Source: Octopus vulgaris | Lineage: Eukaryota | Direction: 5' to 3' | DNA length: 64,000 nt | Assembly: GCA_951406725.2 (NCBI GenBank) | Contig: OX597817.1 | Location: 139,376,001-139,440,000 of the forward strand | The notes under the pieces: model-generated | Databases searched by the model: none | What the model was told of the DNA's origin: nothing | Seen by the model: the letters and a program-made list of their open reading frames with translations, nothing else | Position numbers and translations under genes: made by a program | In this document: positions 1 to 12,904 of the stretch, piece after piece | Position numbering within the stretch: position 1 is the first letter of the stretch | Layout of the letters: every line of letters begins with the position of its first letter

Positions 1-35
1 TCACACACACACATACATTTATATATATGTCTGTC

Positions 36-169
<134 letters not shown>

Positions 170-174
170 CATGT

Positions 175-345
175 ATAGTTGAAATTTATAGAAGCACAAA
201 AGACGAAGACAGGTGTATAAACAACAGACAGGTGTATCAGTTTGACACTCGGGAAGGTGAAAAAGTCTTTTATGTTTCGAGCCTATGCTCTTCAGCAGAA
301 AGGAACATGAGGAAATAAACAGAGAGAGAATAAACAACTTTTGGA
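175..345 (-). mobile_element. Penelope pLTR-like repeat with variant hammerhead (family H2, copy 1), abutting a (TA)n array
   Basis: Homologous to 8683-8870 and 29343-29520. Minus strand 302-267 reads CTTT-CTGCTGA-A-GAGC-ATAG-GCTC-GAAA-CA-TA-AAAG. Confidence 0.65.
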
Positions 346-567
346 GTTAGCGGTCAATATATATCAGTCTAATATAGACTAGTGGAACAGGATACCCTTT
401 AGTCCACATCCTCAAACAATGTGCAAGGGAAAAGACAGAATTCATAGAGCAGCGGTTATAGTAAAATTTCAACTAAGATCACATGGTAGTCATAAGATTG
501 TCCAGAAACATTCACAGCTACATTGTATTTATGAATATAATTAGCACAATGTATTGATTATGTATGT

Positions 568-835
568 GGAGGCACATGGCCTAGTGGTTAGAGCACTGGA
601 CTTGTAGTCGAGGGATTGTGGGTTTAAATCTCAGACCAGGCTCTAACAGAAAGTAATGGCAAACTTCTGCTGACTCTTTCACCACAACTTTCCCTCACTC
701 TTTCCTCCTGCATCTAGCAGCTCACCTGCGAACGGACTGGCTTCCCATCCAGGTGGGGAGCCTATACGCCAATGAAACTGGGAAATCGGCCCTTATGAGT
801 CAAGTATGGCTCGAGAAGGAACAAACAACAGCAAC
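568..835 (+). mobile_element. tRNA-derived SINE with (AAC)n tail
   Basis: Head GGAGGCACATGGCCTAGTGGTTAGAG (A box), degenerate B box GGGTTTAAATC, simple-repeat tail. Related heads on the minus strand at 54760-55010 and 57465-57690. Confidence 0.7.
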
Positions 836-1769
836 ATTGATCATGTATGTGTATCAAGATTTGAACACTAGCTTTCAGATTTTCCTGCTCTGGAACCACT
901 AACTAGCAGCATTTCATCTGTCTTTACGTTCTGAGTTCAAATTCCACCAAGGTCGACTTTGCCATTCTTCCTTTCAGAGTCAATAAAATAAATAGCAGTC
1001 ATGTACTGGGGTTGATGTAATTTACTTACTCCCCCCCCCTGAAATTGCTGGCCTTGTGCCAAAAAAGGAAATCAATTTACAGGTAATGATCAATCTCATG
1101 CTTTATACCTGTACATGTTATACCTGAGTTGTTTTTTAATATGAATGCTCACACATCAGTCTTGTGTTCCATTGTCTCATTTGCTGATGCCAAAATCTAA
1201 AGTTAATTACCATATTTGATGGCATAAAAGACACAGGGGCATCTTGCATGCACCCTAATTTCAGCAGCAGATGATCAGCAAAATTAGTTTTCAGAGTATT
1301 AAAGGTTCTGCAAGGCTCGACTTTTGGCAAAAATAAAGTACCTTAGAAGCCATCAAGTACATAATTATGATTCAGCATGCTGATGATATATTGCATGTCT
1401 CAAGGAAACGAATTTATCGGTTATTCACCTAACTCAACTGTTTAAATCTGTGTGCTATTATCTGGGAGAGATAAACTTAGACACATTTTGTATGTAATGA
1501 AGTAGGTAAAATGATAAAGATAAAGTTGAGAGGGAAAAAAAGTTGGCAAGCAAAATAATAATAATTTTGTAATTTAGGCAAAAGGCCTTCATACATTAAC
1601 CTAGTATTTAATTGGAACTGTTTTTCATCAACCCCAGAAGAACCAGAAAAATGAAAGCAAAGTTGATCTTGCAGGATTTGAACTCAGAACATAAAGGGCC
1701 AGGAAAAATGCATCAAATTATTTTATCCGACGTGCTAATGATTTCGCTATAACAACAACAACAACAATA

Positions 1770-2143
1770 ATCCTTTCTGCTATAGGCACAAGGCCTGAAA
1801 CTTTGCGGGAGGGGGGGTTAGTCAATTACATCGACCACAGTGTTTCACTGGTACTTAATTTATCGACCCCAAAAGGATGAAAGGCAAAGTCGATCTCAGA
1901 ACGCAGCGACGGACGAAATACCTATTCCTTTACTACTCACAAGGGGCTAAACACCGAGAGGACAGACAGACGGATTAAGTCGATTATATCGCCCCCAGTG
2001 CGTAACTGGTACTTATTTAATCGACCCTGAAAGGATGAAAGGCAAAGTCGACCTCGGCGGAATTTGAACTCAGAACATAAAGACAGACGAAATACTGCTA
2101 AGCATTTCGCCCGGCGTGCTAACGATTCTGCCAGCTCGCCACC
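1770..2143 (-). mobile_element. Tandem tRNA-derived SINEs, family A (head GGCGGCGAGCTGGCAGAATCGTTAGCACG)
   Basis: B box GAGTTCAAATTCC followed by a conserved block GTCGACTTTGCCTTTCATCCTTTCGGGGTCGATAAA..AAGTACC (MetaSINE-like from memory). Other copies at about 905-1075, 1570-1750, 2256-2400, 6836-7070, 7900-8078, 20765-20994, 21280-21480, 31596-31824, 47318-47712, 58082-58296. Confidence 0.85.
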
Positions 2144-2256
<113 letters not shown>

Positions 2257-2399
2257 TTTGCCACTTCGGCAGCAATTTTTTAGAGGAGACGAAAGGGTCG
2301 ATTACATCGACCCTAGTGGTACTTCATTTATAGACCTCGAAAGGATGAAAGGCAAAGTCGACTTTGGCGGAATTCGAACCGAGAACGCGAAGAGCCGAC

Positions 2400-2683
2400 A
2401 GTAATAATAATGCAAGTGCAACGTAAGGGGAAGTAACTCTCGGCTGCCTGTTCATCACACTTTCTACCTTGACCTTTTTTCATGAGAAAAGTGTTGTTTG
2501 TGTTTGAGGCAGCCAAAAACAGATCCTCCTCCTCTAGCTTTCCCGCCACCGCCGCCGCCGCCACCACCACCACCACCACCAGCTTAGTCTCTTCAGCAAC
2601 TTACCCTCCCCCACCTCTACTCTAGAAGAAGAAGAAAAAGGAAAAAGAAGTGGTAAGGAAACCAAGCAAAAAGCTCAGCTACC
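2400..2683 (+). promoter_or_regulatory. Putative APEH promoter / 5' UTR
   Basis: Locally GC-rich patch with (GCC)n(CAC)n at about 2544-2580 and an ETS-like GGAAGT near 2429, directly before the candidate ATG. TSS not determinable. Confidence 0.45.
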
Positions 2684-2746
2684 ATGCAACCCTACCGGAT
2701 CATTAAAAAGATGATGTCGACAGGCAAAGTTATCAAAGACTATCTG
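2684..2746 (+). CDS. APEH: APEH putative first coding exon (MQPYRIIKKMMSTGKVIKDYL)
   Basis: ACC-ATG context at 2684, in-frame upstream TAA (2654-2656), donor CTG|GTAAGA at 2747, phase 0 matching exon 2, and just downstream of a GC-rich promoter-like patch. No homology support, so the link to exon 2 is inferred. Confidence 0.6.
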
Positions 2747-5700
2747 GTAAGAAAAGACTAAACTATTTATCACGTACCTGCTTTCACTCGACCACGTTCG
2801 GCAACATATTTCTTAAATTTTACTTTTCTCATGTTTTATTCTAAACATTTTCTCATTACTTTCAACTTTGTTGTTGTTTTCTCTCTTTTAAAACAAATTA
2901 ATTGTTTTTCTTCATCTTTTTTTTCTTTTCTTTTGTTAAGTTCTCTCACTCTGCTCTGGAATACTATCGCTGTTTTGTTTGGTGCAGTTGTAATCTTTAT
3001 TAAAATAATAATATTAATCATAATAAAAAAATCATTTTGATTCTAAATTTAAAAGCAAAATATTTAGACTTTACAACTGTTGTGTTTACGTATGCATTTA
3101 ATTAATTAAACTAGTAAAATCATACACAATTAATTCAATACTAAACAACTGCTGCCACAAACACGTACTTTCAAAAACTGTTAGAGGTTACACACAGCCT
3201 GGCTGTACTTTGTATGTTCCCAATTAAAATCCACCTCGGTCTTTTGTTTTACCGCTAATATCTTCTGGCTAAGCATGAACATCACATCTTATTTGCTCTC
3301 CTCTAGAATGTTAATATCTTCGGGTCTAATTAAAAATTTATGTTAAATATTTTAAAGCCAACACTACACTGTTCTTATACTACGATCTTTGTGTGGGTGT
3401 CCATGTCTACTAGATTCATTGAGCGACGTTTAAAGACATTGTTTATTTCATTTATGGAGAAAAAAAATTAATCTTCCATATTTTACGCCCACACACATAT
3501 ATATGCACATATACACACATGCCTACATATACACGTATATCTACACATGTACACACACGTATAACAAACCACACGTATTTTACCAATAACTGTTTCAATA
3601 TTGAATTTACTCAAATCGGAACTGATTGTCTACATCAGCTTTTCTCCAATAAATTGTTGTACAAGTTTATTACAAAGCATCTTGGGGGGAAATATGACAT
3701 CTTTTGTTGCTGTCTTTATTACCTAATAGACTCCGTAATATCACACTCTTAGACAAAGCAACACACACACACACCATATTCGTGTGTATCAAAGATTTTA
3801 AATTAAGTGTCCATGTGGAAACATCAACGTTACTGAAAGTCAGTTTATAAATATATATATATATGTGTGTATGTGTGTAAATGGGGTAGCATGATATATG
3901 TATGTATATTGCAGGTGATTACGAATTATTAGAACTGTAAGAAGGTCTTTATTGACCAAAAACATTCAAGGATTTGAAGTCTTTAACCTCATCAGCGAGT
4001 TTTTCACTTTGAACAATTTTTATTTTTTGCATCATCTTCGAGGTAAAAGGGCTCCAGGGAGCAAGTCTTTTAGTTTGGGATTAAGGGAGAGGAAAGAAAT
4101 GACTTTGAATGGTGTCCTTAATGGAAAAATTATGTTCTCACTGTTTTTTTTCCCCTTAATATTCGTTCATACTCTAATTCACAATATTTGAACAGCCTGC
4201 GAAAGATGTGGGCCCAGGTGCTTCATTCGTACCAAACTATTACATTATAAATATATACCAACACGCATCATATCGTTTAATTCTTAAAGTGTCTGCGTAA
4301 ATATATGAACTTTCTATGACTTTAAAACGAATCGATTTAGAATTTGTTGTTGTTCAGCCCTGTGTCGGCCTTAATCACGCAGATCTGTGGCCCAAGTCAT
4401 TCTAGTCGCGTACAGCTGACTTCATTGCCTAATGTGCTTTTCTTTAGGCAACAATATCTAGCTGGCCTCATAGAGGCGCCTTCCTTGGCCGGTGCTAGCT
4501 AGATTTGCCTTATTATTTAATAAAGACCCCACTGCTATTGTGTTGCACCCTTGGGTACGACATAAGTTGCTAGCATATGTATTAGTCCTTCATCTTAGAG
4601 ACTGAATAATGTATACAATATAAAGTATGTTTGCACTATTTCGTATGTGTTTGGTTCTTCCAAGTCCTGTGTGTCAAAGACAAACTTTATCACAAAAAGC
4701 GACCTTCCAATCCAGGTGTTATCTTTTTCTATTTAATTTTTAAGTCTTCGTTACAAACTGCTGCTGCTTACATTTGGTCCCGATTATGTACACACACACA
4801 CACATAATGTAGGGTTATTTTGAAGGATCTGAATAAATAAAAGAAGTACGATATTATTTAGTGTTCTTCTATAAACCGTAGGATGTATTTTGAGGACGAT
4901 TTGGGGGCTTTTTTTTTTTTTTTAGCAAATTGAGCAATTGTCTAAAGACGCCTTTGTTGTTCTTCATCTATGAAGAATTTTCCATCTCAAAATTTAAATA
5001 TTCCACACTATTTTATATTTCTAAATGTAACTCTGTTACCGCAAACCACAAGTCTTCAATTCTAGTTATTATCCCAAGTGTAATAACACTTCTACATTCT
5101 ATCCAGCTGTTTGCTCAAGACTTTTAATCTGTTTGAACTAAATCGCCTTTTAATTGGTGCCTGTAATTCACCAATTAGCAGCACAACACCTTGAGATGTG
5201 ACCACATCGTACATACACACATATATCCTTATCGACACGAATGAATATCTTTGAACACATCTACAAACTACACACATCTTCATCCTCACATTCTCTTTAG
5301 TTATTACATACACCATCGTCCCTATATTAAATTCTTTTTCGTACTCGGTTATAAATTTGCTCACTCTGTTCTTAGCTTCGATTCAAGATTATTTTCAATT
5401 AATCCAACATTTCATATTCTTAATATTTTATCAAATATTTCCATCGTCAAACACGAAGGTATAAATAATAATGAAATAAATGATAAAGAAACTAACAAAA
5501 CATTTTGTCATTGCTTTGATTCCCCCTTCATAAACAATGGAGTTACTTCGTTCAAACTGTTAAAATATGTTGAAGGATTGTACAACTTGCCTGGACTTCT
5601 TACAATCTCATTTGTTCCTGACCCCTTCCCTCACTCCGTTCCGTTTTATATCTCAGCTGGCTTACACCTATCTCTACTGACACAAATACTGTAAACAATC

Positions 5701-6145
5701 AATGCCTCAACTTGACTGATTGAGTTGTGAGAATTAGCAGCTAAATCCTCACAAATCACACCCAGCCCTCTTAAATAAAGAAGGACCTATTGAATAATAT
5801 AGTCCTAGATATATATAATCAACTTAGCCCCACCCCTATAATTGCTGGCCTTATGTCAAAATTCGAAATCAGTATTATTATTATTATTGATTGTACATGC
5901 TGTTGGCATGTGTAAAAAAATTTGAGCGAGGTCGTTGCCAGTACTGCCTGACTGGCCCCTGTGTCGGTGGCACGTAAAAAGCACCCACTACACTCTCGGA
6001 GTGTTTGGCATTAGGAAGGGCATCCAGCTGTAGAAACTCTGCCAGATCAAGATTGGAGCCTGGTGCAGCCATCTGGTTCGCCAGCCCACAGTCAAACCGT
6101 TCAACCCATGCTAGCATGGAAAGCGGAAGTTAAACGATGATGATG

Positions 6146-6686
6146 ATTGAATGAGAGAGCAGTGCATACCATCAAAATGACACTGGGATACAGATATACG
6201 AAGCCCAGTATACCCAACATGACTACCCATCTATCGAGGGTACACCAGGCTCATGCATCACAGCCATATGTGTGCAGCATGGTGATCTCATATCAAGATA
6301 AACAGCACATGACCTTGCAGGTGGGGCCCAGTTAAAATTTTCTACTGGTCAAGGAGCCCATCCCATTCAAATGGTCCCTGAATAAGGGTTGTTTAAGAAT
6401 GTTGAATGAAACACCCATGTTTCCAGAGGTGAATTATCCAAACCCCAAAGAATTCCTCTCAATATATGGCTATGATGCTCCCCCACTATTTCTACTTGTG
6501 ATCAGAGATGCACAGCCACTAAGGGACATGCTCAAGTGGTTAAAGTCAAACAACTGACAAGCAAATCTGTGGTATTGAGCAGAATATCTGTGGTAGCCCT
6601 TCTTTTATACCAAGACAAAACAATGCACATGATAATACTTTCAATCAGTTAAGATCAGAAACCATGAGAGCCACTGCCTGGTACTG
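6146..6686. repeat. Unclassified ~500-bp interspersed repeat (second copy about 42683-43138)
   Basis: Collinear with 42683-43138, e.g. GGTCCCTGAATAAGGGTTG, GGCTATGATGCTCCCCCACTA, TACCAAGACAAAACAATG. Confidence 0.8.
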
Positions 6687-7324
6687 GTTGTACAATAGAA
6701 TTGACTTACAGTTATTCTTACCACTGGTCATCAGACCTGCAGCCCAACCCAGAGACGTGGGGCCATTAGGTGCACTCCATTGAAGTTATTCATAGTCTCA
6801 GTGTTTCTATCAATCGTTGCAGTAATGGTATTTATGGCGGCAGGCTGGCAGAATCGTTAGCACGCCAGGCGAAATGCGTAGCCGTATTTCGTCTGTCGTT
6901 ACATTCTGAGTTCAACTTCCACTGAGGTTGACTTTGCCTTTCATCCTTTCAGGGTTGATAAATTAAGTACCAGTTATGCACTGGGGTCAATATAATCAAC
7001 TTTATCCATTTGTCTGTCCTTGTTTGTCCTCTCTGTGTTTAGCCCCTTGTGGGTAGTAAAGAAATAGGTATTCACTGCAAACAAATACCACCAGACCAGC
7101 AATGAAACCCTTGGTTTAGACACAGCTTTAACCATCAACTGAAATCCTACCACCATATACAACCGTAAGCAGCTCAATGACCTCCAGCTAACCAGTAGAC
7201 ATCTTTCTTTGTTACTTATGTATGATGGATACTATGAGACTTTCCTATATTTAATTCTCCTACCACCACCACCAGCACTTCACATCTCTCCTCATATCAT
7301 AAAACCATTGTATAAAGGAACCTC

Positions 7325-7590
7325 CCGCCTTGACTGGCCTCCATGCTGGTGGCACGAAAAAAGTACCAACCGATCGTGGCCGTTGCCAGCCTCGCCTGGC
7401 ACCTGTGCAGGTGGCACGGAAAAAACACCCACTACACTCACGAAGTGGTTGGCGTTAGGAAGGGCATCCAGCTGTAGAAACTCTGCCAGATCAGACTGGA
7501 GCCTGGTGCAGCCTCCTGGCTTCCCAGACCTCGGTCGAACTGTCCAAGCCATGCTAGCACAGAAAACGGACATTAAACGATGATGATGAT
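7325..7590 (+). mobile_element. RTE LINE 3' UTR copy with (GAT)n tail; representative of the most abundant repeat
   Basis: GTGGTTGGCGTTAGGAAGGGCATCCAGCTGTAG...TTAAACGATGATGAT. The same sequence is contiguous with RTE ORF ends at 32212-33300 and 62098-62922. Other copies at about 5897-6146, 13112-13399, 18001-18143, 19110-19443, 22665-23050, 23707-24165, 36513-36830, 37760-37945, 40420-40603, 44058-44265, 48768-49125, 59800-60130. Confidence 0.85.
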
Positions 7591-8682
7591 TTAACCTGGT
7601 TGGACTCAATAAACTCTACCTTTCCTCTTTTATGTACTCTGCCACTCATAACTCACCCTTTCCCTGAGTTGCTTCTGTTGTCTTCCACCATTTACCATTG
7701 TCCACCTCTATTATTATATGTCCCATCGTTTTCACCTCAGTTACCCTAGTCAAGGTCTTCTTATCCTTCTATGAGGTCCTTCGCTCCTAGTAACGACTGT
7801 TTCAGAACCTGATAATCTCTCCAACTTACACCAGCATGAAAAATGGTGATGATGATTATGATTGGTCATAATTTAGAATTCTGTAAAATTTTTCTAATTT
7901 TGGCACAAGGCCAGCAATTTTAAGGGAAGGAGTAAATTAATTACATTGACCCCAGTACGCAACTGGTACCCTATTTTATCCACCCCGGAAGGATGAATGG
8001 CAAAGTTGTCCTAAAAATGGACAAAATGCCACTAAGCATTTTGCTGGGGTGTTAACGATCCTGCCAGCTCGCTACCTTCTCTGTAATTAATATTAATAAT
8101 TATCAATTTGTAGAGCAATCTTTTATCTAAGGTATATGAATCCAGTAGCTTCAAAGTCTTCTGAGGTTTTTACAAAGCTTCAGAATGTTTGTTAAGAGTA
8201 GAAAATTGCTTATAAATGATATATCCAAGTAATTAATCTCATTATTGATTTGACATGGTGAACTTATAGCTAACTCTGACATCACTGACAGTAGTATCTT
8301 GTGAAATCAGCTGTCAGACCACCCTGTGTGTCTAGGCATCTTAATCATCTGCTACAAGGAGAAAAGAGATGCACCAGAAACAGACAACTTCACAGGCATC
8401 AAATTGATGGATCTAGTTAGGAAAGACATGGGAAGATCTACAGAACGATTGATGAGGAACGGAATTAGCCTGCATCAGATGCAGCTTGGCTTTGTGTTAG
8501 GAAGAGGTGTTACAGCGTACAAACAACTGCATGAGCAGCAGCTAGGGGTCAGCTGCTTCTGTAGCTGGCATTTATTGACCTGAAAAAAAAAGAGACCTTC
8601 GATTGGGTTCCGTGCTCTGTAGTTTAGCAAACACCTAAAAAGCTAGGGGTACACAGGGGTCATATAAACCAAAGTACAGAAA

Positions 8683-8870
8683 TATAAGGAGAGTTTACGA
8701 AAAAAACAAAAGACGAAGACAGGTGGTGTAGAAAACAAACAGATGTATTAGTATAACGCTCAAGAATAGAAAAAGTCTTTTACGTTTCGAGCCTATGCTC
8801 TTCTACAGAAAGGCACACAGAAAAAACAAGGAGAGAAAAAAATGTGTGTAGTGGCTAACGATCTATCATG
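8683..8870 (-). mobile_element. Penelope pLTR-like repeat, family H2 copy 2
   Basis: Near-identical to the reverse complement of 29343-29520; carries the best-preserved H2 hammerhead. Confidence 0.7.
8777..8812 (-). ncRNA. Minimal type I hammerhead ribozyme-like motif (A6U core variant)
   Basis: CTTT-CTGTAGA-A-GAGC(ATAG)GCTC-GAAA-CG-TA-AAAG: stem I CTTT/AAAG, stem II GAGC/GCTC, palindromic ACGT in place of stem III. Confidence 0.55.
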
Positions 8871-9838
8871 GCGACTGACTCGGACAGAATGGTCAGACAG
8901 GAGAAGGAAAGTAGGGGAGATAACAAGGTAAAGATGACCCCCCCCCAACACAAAGGTACGTGTGTGTATAAAGGGAAATATAGTTTAGCAGGAGGAGAGT
9001 GAGGAATGAATTTATGCAACTAGGCATCCAGCAAGGTTCAATTCTCAGCCCTTCCTTATTTATTATAGAGCTTCAGGCCACAGACACAAGTGTTTAAGTT
9101 TAGCTCTGTGAGAATTGCTGTGTGCTGGTGACTTGAAGATTTAGAGCAGAATATTCTCAACATACAAGCAAAATTTTGAATTAAGAGACCTCAAAGTAAA
9201 TTTAGCAAAGACTGAAGTTATAAGCAAACAAGAAAGGAACCAAGATCCATTATATTTAGTTGTTTATGCAAGTAGAAGCAGATGTTACTCAGAAAGCCTG
9301 TATTTCATACAGGATATGTTTGATCATTTCACTTCTTTTTTGGTGTCCAGTTGAGAACTGCAGTGGGACAAGAGGTTCACTGACCACTGGTCTCGTTTAG
9401 CTGCAGCCTGTGGAACATGTGGCATTTGGTAGCTTGTGGTACTAAGTTCAAACTCTACTGGCTCTTTGACTTTATTTCAGACAAGTAAGACAAATGTAAT
9501 TTTTAATTTGATTAACGAATAATGTTAATTGATAATGCAATTACAGAGAGAGGGGGTGGGTAGTTGTTGGCTTCTGGTCATTGGTTATTCTTTATTGATG
9601 AATTTTACATTCTCTGAATAAACACAAGTCCAATTTGAATCACTCTGTGTATAACTGGTATTGATTTTGTTATCAGGATGACAAATTGATTCTTATGTAG
9701 TTTGAACTGAAAAAAAACCAACAAAAAAAAAAAACAAAGTAACAATCAAGATAAGTAAAACTAACAGCTGCCACTCAGACTTGGTTTGTTTCACTTTAAT
9801 GTTGAAATATTTGAAGATTTCTTAATTCTGTAGACTCA

Positions 9839-11067
9839 CAAGGTGGTATCAAAAAGTTCTCAGACTAGTTCCATAGCATGCCAACAGATGGCAGCACACG
9901 GTTATGTGCGCAGTGAGAGCTAGCAGTGACCTTCATGAGGCAGTGTGCCGAGTGACGTAGCTGTGTTTGCTTTGCAAGTTGTGAAATTTGTATTTTGTGA
10001 TCCCGTGTATGTTGTCTGTGATTTTGTCATGGATGGGAAGTTGGAAGAAAGAACCAACATAAAATTTTGTATTAAACTTAGGAAGTCTTCTCCAGAGACA
10101 TTGAGCATGCTTCAGCAAGCTTACGGACGAGGCAATGGTTCGGATGCAATGTTTTGAGTGGCATGAACACTTCAAAAGTAGAACGTCCCTGGAAGACGAT
10201 GAGCGATCTGGAAGACCTGCCATGAGCATCACCTCTGGAAATGTGGGGGGAATTCATCAGCTTTTGCATGAGGATCATTAGAGGACGAACAACCACATTG
10301 CTGATGTTGTTGGTCTATCATATGAGTACATGCAGGCAATCCTAACGCCTGCCAAGTTTGTCCCCTACCTGCTGACCACTGAGCAGAAAGAACACCGTGT
10401 CAAAGTCTGTCAAGATCTCCATCAACGTATCACTGATGATCCATCCTTCATGTTGAGGATCACCACCAGTGACAATAGTTGGGTCTATGGGAACAACCCT
10501 GAGATGAAGCAGCAGTTGCCGCAATGGAAGAGACCTTCACCTCCTCGACCGAAGAAGTCATGACAGAACCGCAGCTCAATCAAGTGCATACTTATCGTTT
10601 ATTTTCAATATCCATGATATTGAGAATTCATCCCCCAGGGCCAGATAGTCAATTAAGAGTTCTACAGCAGCATTTTGAAGCATTTGGGGGAAGGACATTC
10701 AGTGAAAACGATCTTTGGAGTGTGAAGAATTAGATTCTTCACAATGACAACACATCCTATCACTGAGCTCTCCTCACTTGTGAGTTCCTTGCAAAAGACA
10801 ACATGGTATTGCTTCCGCACCTCACCAGATTTAGGACCTGCAGATTTCCATCTCTTTCCCACCGTTTTAACACTGTTGTTGAGATTCTGAGCAAATCACA
10901 GAAGGTCTTTGACTCGCTTCCAGAAAATGGTTTCCACACTGGATTCCAAAAGTGGCAGGAACACTGGGACTGGTGTATTGCACCACAAGGGGACTATTTC
11001 AAAGATGATGTAAAAATTCATTGTTTATTAAACTTCATTGGTCTGGGAACTTTTTGATTCCACCTCG
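9839..11067 (+). mobile_element. Full-length decayed mariner (DD34D-type), about 1.23 kb
   Basis: TIRs CAAGGTGGTATCAAAAAGTTCTCAGAC / GTCTGGGAACTTTTTGATTCCACCTCG. Frameshifted transposase: EERTNIKFCIKLRKS.., AKFVPYLLT, ITTSDNSWVYG, ILHNDN, DLGPADF, FQKWQEHWDWCI..QGDYF. Confidence 0.92.
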
Positions 11068-12595
11068 AAAGTTAATTTTGGTTCTTACAGATGAGACTTA
11101 GTTTATAAGAGAGATTCAGAAATTGCTGAGTGTTAACCTAAGTTATAGGCATGGCTGTTTTGATAAGTTTCATTTGTAATCACCATGGCTCTGGATTCAG
11201 TCCCATTGCATAGCACTTCAGGAAAGTGTTCTCTGCCACAGCTCTGAGTTGACCAATATTTTCTGAGTGGGAACTGAGCAGAAATATGTCTGTGTGTGTT
11301 TGAGCAATGCAGATCAGTGAAGGATGTAAACATTGGTGAAGAAAACCCACTATTTTCCTGTGAAGCCTTTGTGCTGTTTGTTTTGCATCTAGTTACAAAC
11401 ACTCCCTTGTCACACTCACCATCACTGATACAGTGAATCCAGTGATTGGCTGTCTGTTGGAAACTTGTAACTAATCACAAAATTGGTCACTAATTGCAGT
11501 ATAAATATGTTTGGCTGCTATGGAAACTGGAATACCAAACTCGTTGGCATCCATCGACCTCTCTTAGATTTACCATTAACCAGTGACGCCAATGTAGACC
11601 TTCACCTTGCATAAGAGCCTTCTATACTATAACCCCAGACTAACCAAAGCCTTTTGGTGGATTTGGTTGAAAGAAACTGAAAGAAGCCCATCGCGTGTGC
11701 ATGCGTTTGTGTGTGTGTGCATTTGTATTTCCCTCATCTTTGCTGGTTGTTTACAATGGTTTGCTTATAGTTTTGGATGGTGTTGCTTGCTTACAGTCCA
11801 CCTGGAAAATATGTTTCTAGTTTGATAGACTGAGAGATTATTGCCTCACTTGGAAATATGGGTAGGGGTTGGCATCTGGAAGAGCATCCATCTGTAGAGA
11901 AATTCTCACAACATACTCTCGTCATACCCATGCTAACATGAAGAAGTTGACATGAAAACAATGATGACCCAACATGTCTCAGTTTTTGAATTGGTACACT
12001 GTATGTCATAGGGTTGACCAAAATGGATTGGTGTCCAGCAGAGTGTGTGACCATAAAATACTGCCACAAAAAGTTTTGGTCAAACCATTGCCAGCATGGA
12101 GAACAATAATGATCACGATGATAGTTTCCTGAGCTGTAAAGGATTTTTATCTCCTCACCTTTTTTTTTTGTTTTTGACATCTTTTAACCAGACTATCAGG
12201 AGCTGTTATACATTGCTGCTCACAGTGCACTTCCATTCTTCCCTTGATAGTAATCTTCTCTTCTATTTTGATCTAAATTATTTTACTGTCACCTTCACAT
12301 TGTCTTGGAGTTGTCTCTTCCAATCTGCTGGATACCACATGATAGCTACATGGGTCCAATCTGTTTTCTGTGAGCCTTATATCTGGCCCAACAGAACTTT
12401 TGCTTTCAGTAGTCCATGACCACATCATTCACTCCATTTCAGCCATGCCCCTGAAGTGATATTCCTAGCACGGATTTTTCCATGGCCCTCCGTTGCAACC
12501 AGTTGCTGTTCTTCCTTTAGTTGCCTCTCAATTGCATTATAAGAATGCAGGTAGGACAGTTTGTCTGGCACTATCTCATGCAGTAAAAGAACTAA

Positions 12596-12802
12596 TCTTT
12601 TTGGTACCAACCCACCTCTGACCACCACTCCTGGTTCCATGATACCAACCCCCAGTTTGAAAGTGATCTAAATTAAAACCTTCAATCAAAATTCCTCGTT
12701 AATTTATGTTCCAAACACCAAGCTTAATGATGGCAAAGCTATTTTACTAAACTCGTTACTATTTTCAAAATCAACTGAAACAGAAATATGGTAATGAAAG
12801 GG
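12596..12802. mobile_element. piggyBac-type MITE (TTAA target)
   Basis: Ends AAAGGG|TTAA; reverse-orientation relative of 36145-36388. Confidence 0.6.
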
Positions 12803-12904
12803 TTAAATCATTAACTACCAGTCCATGTGGCTGTAAAACAGGTCCCATGTGTAGTTTTATCAAAGGACCAAAAACACTGTATAATTAACAATATTCTCAT
12901 AATA

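Larger units (their letters stand above)
8330..9240 (+). pseudogene. Degraded RTE-type reverse transcriptase fragment, interrupted by a hammerhead-bearing repeat
   Basis: YKEKRDA..DNFTGIKLMD..MQLGFVLGRG before the insertion; GIQQGSILSPSLFII after it. Confidence 0.7.

Noticed and set aside
2328-2610. Possible divergent minus-strand gene (ORF 2328-2579; AGG|GTAAGT near 2604)
   Set aside because: The ORF derives from (CAC)n/(GCC)n and SINE sequence; I found no matching downstream exon in 1-2300.
5251-5694. 147-aa ORF in intron 1
   Set aside because: TTG start, AT-rich composition, no recognisable motif or splice context.
7209-7609. Recurring 'LQLDALPNANH' ORFs (also 18039, 23750, 32227, 48806, 59896)
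   Set aside because: Antisense translations of the RTE 3' UTR, not a gene family.
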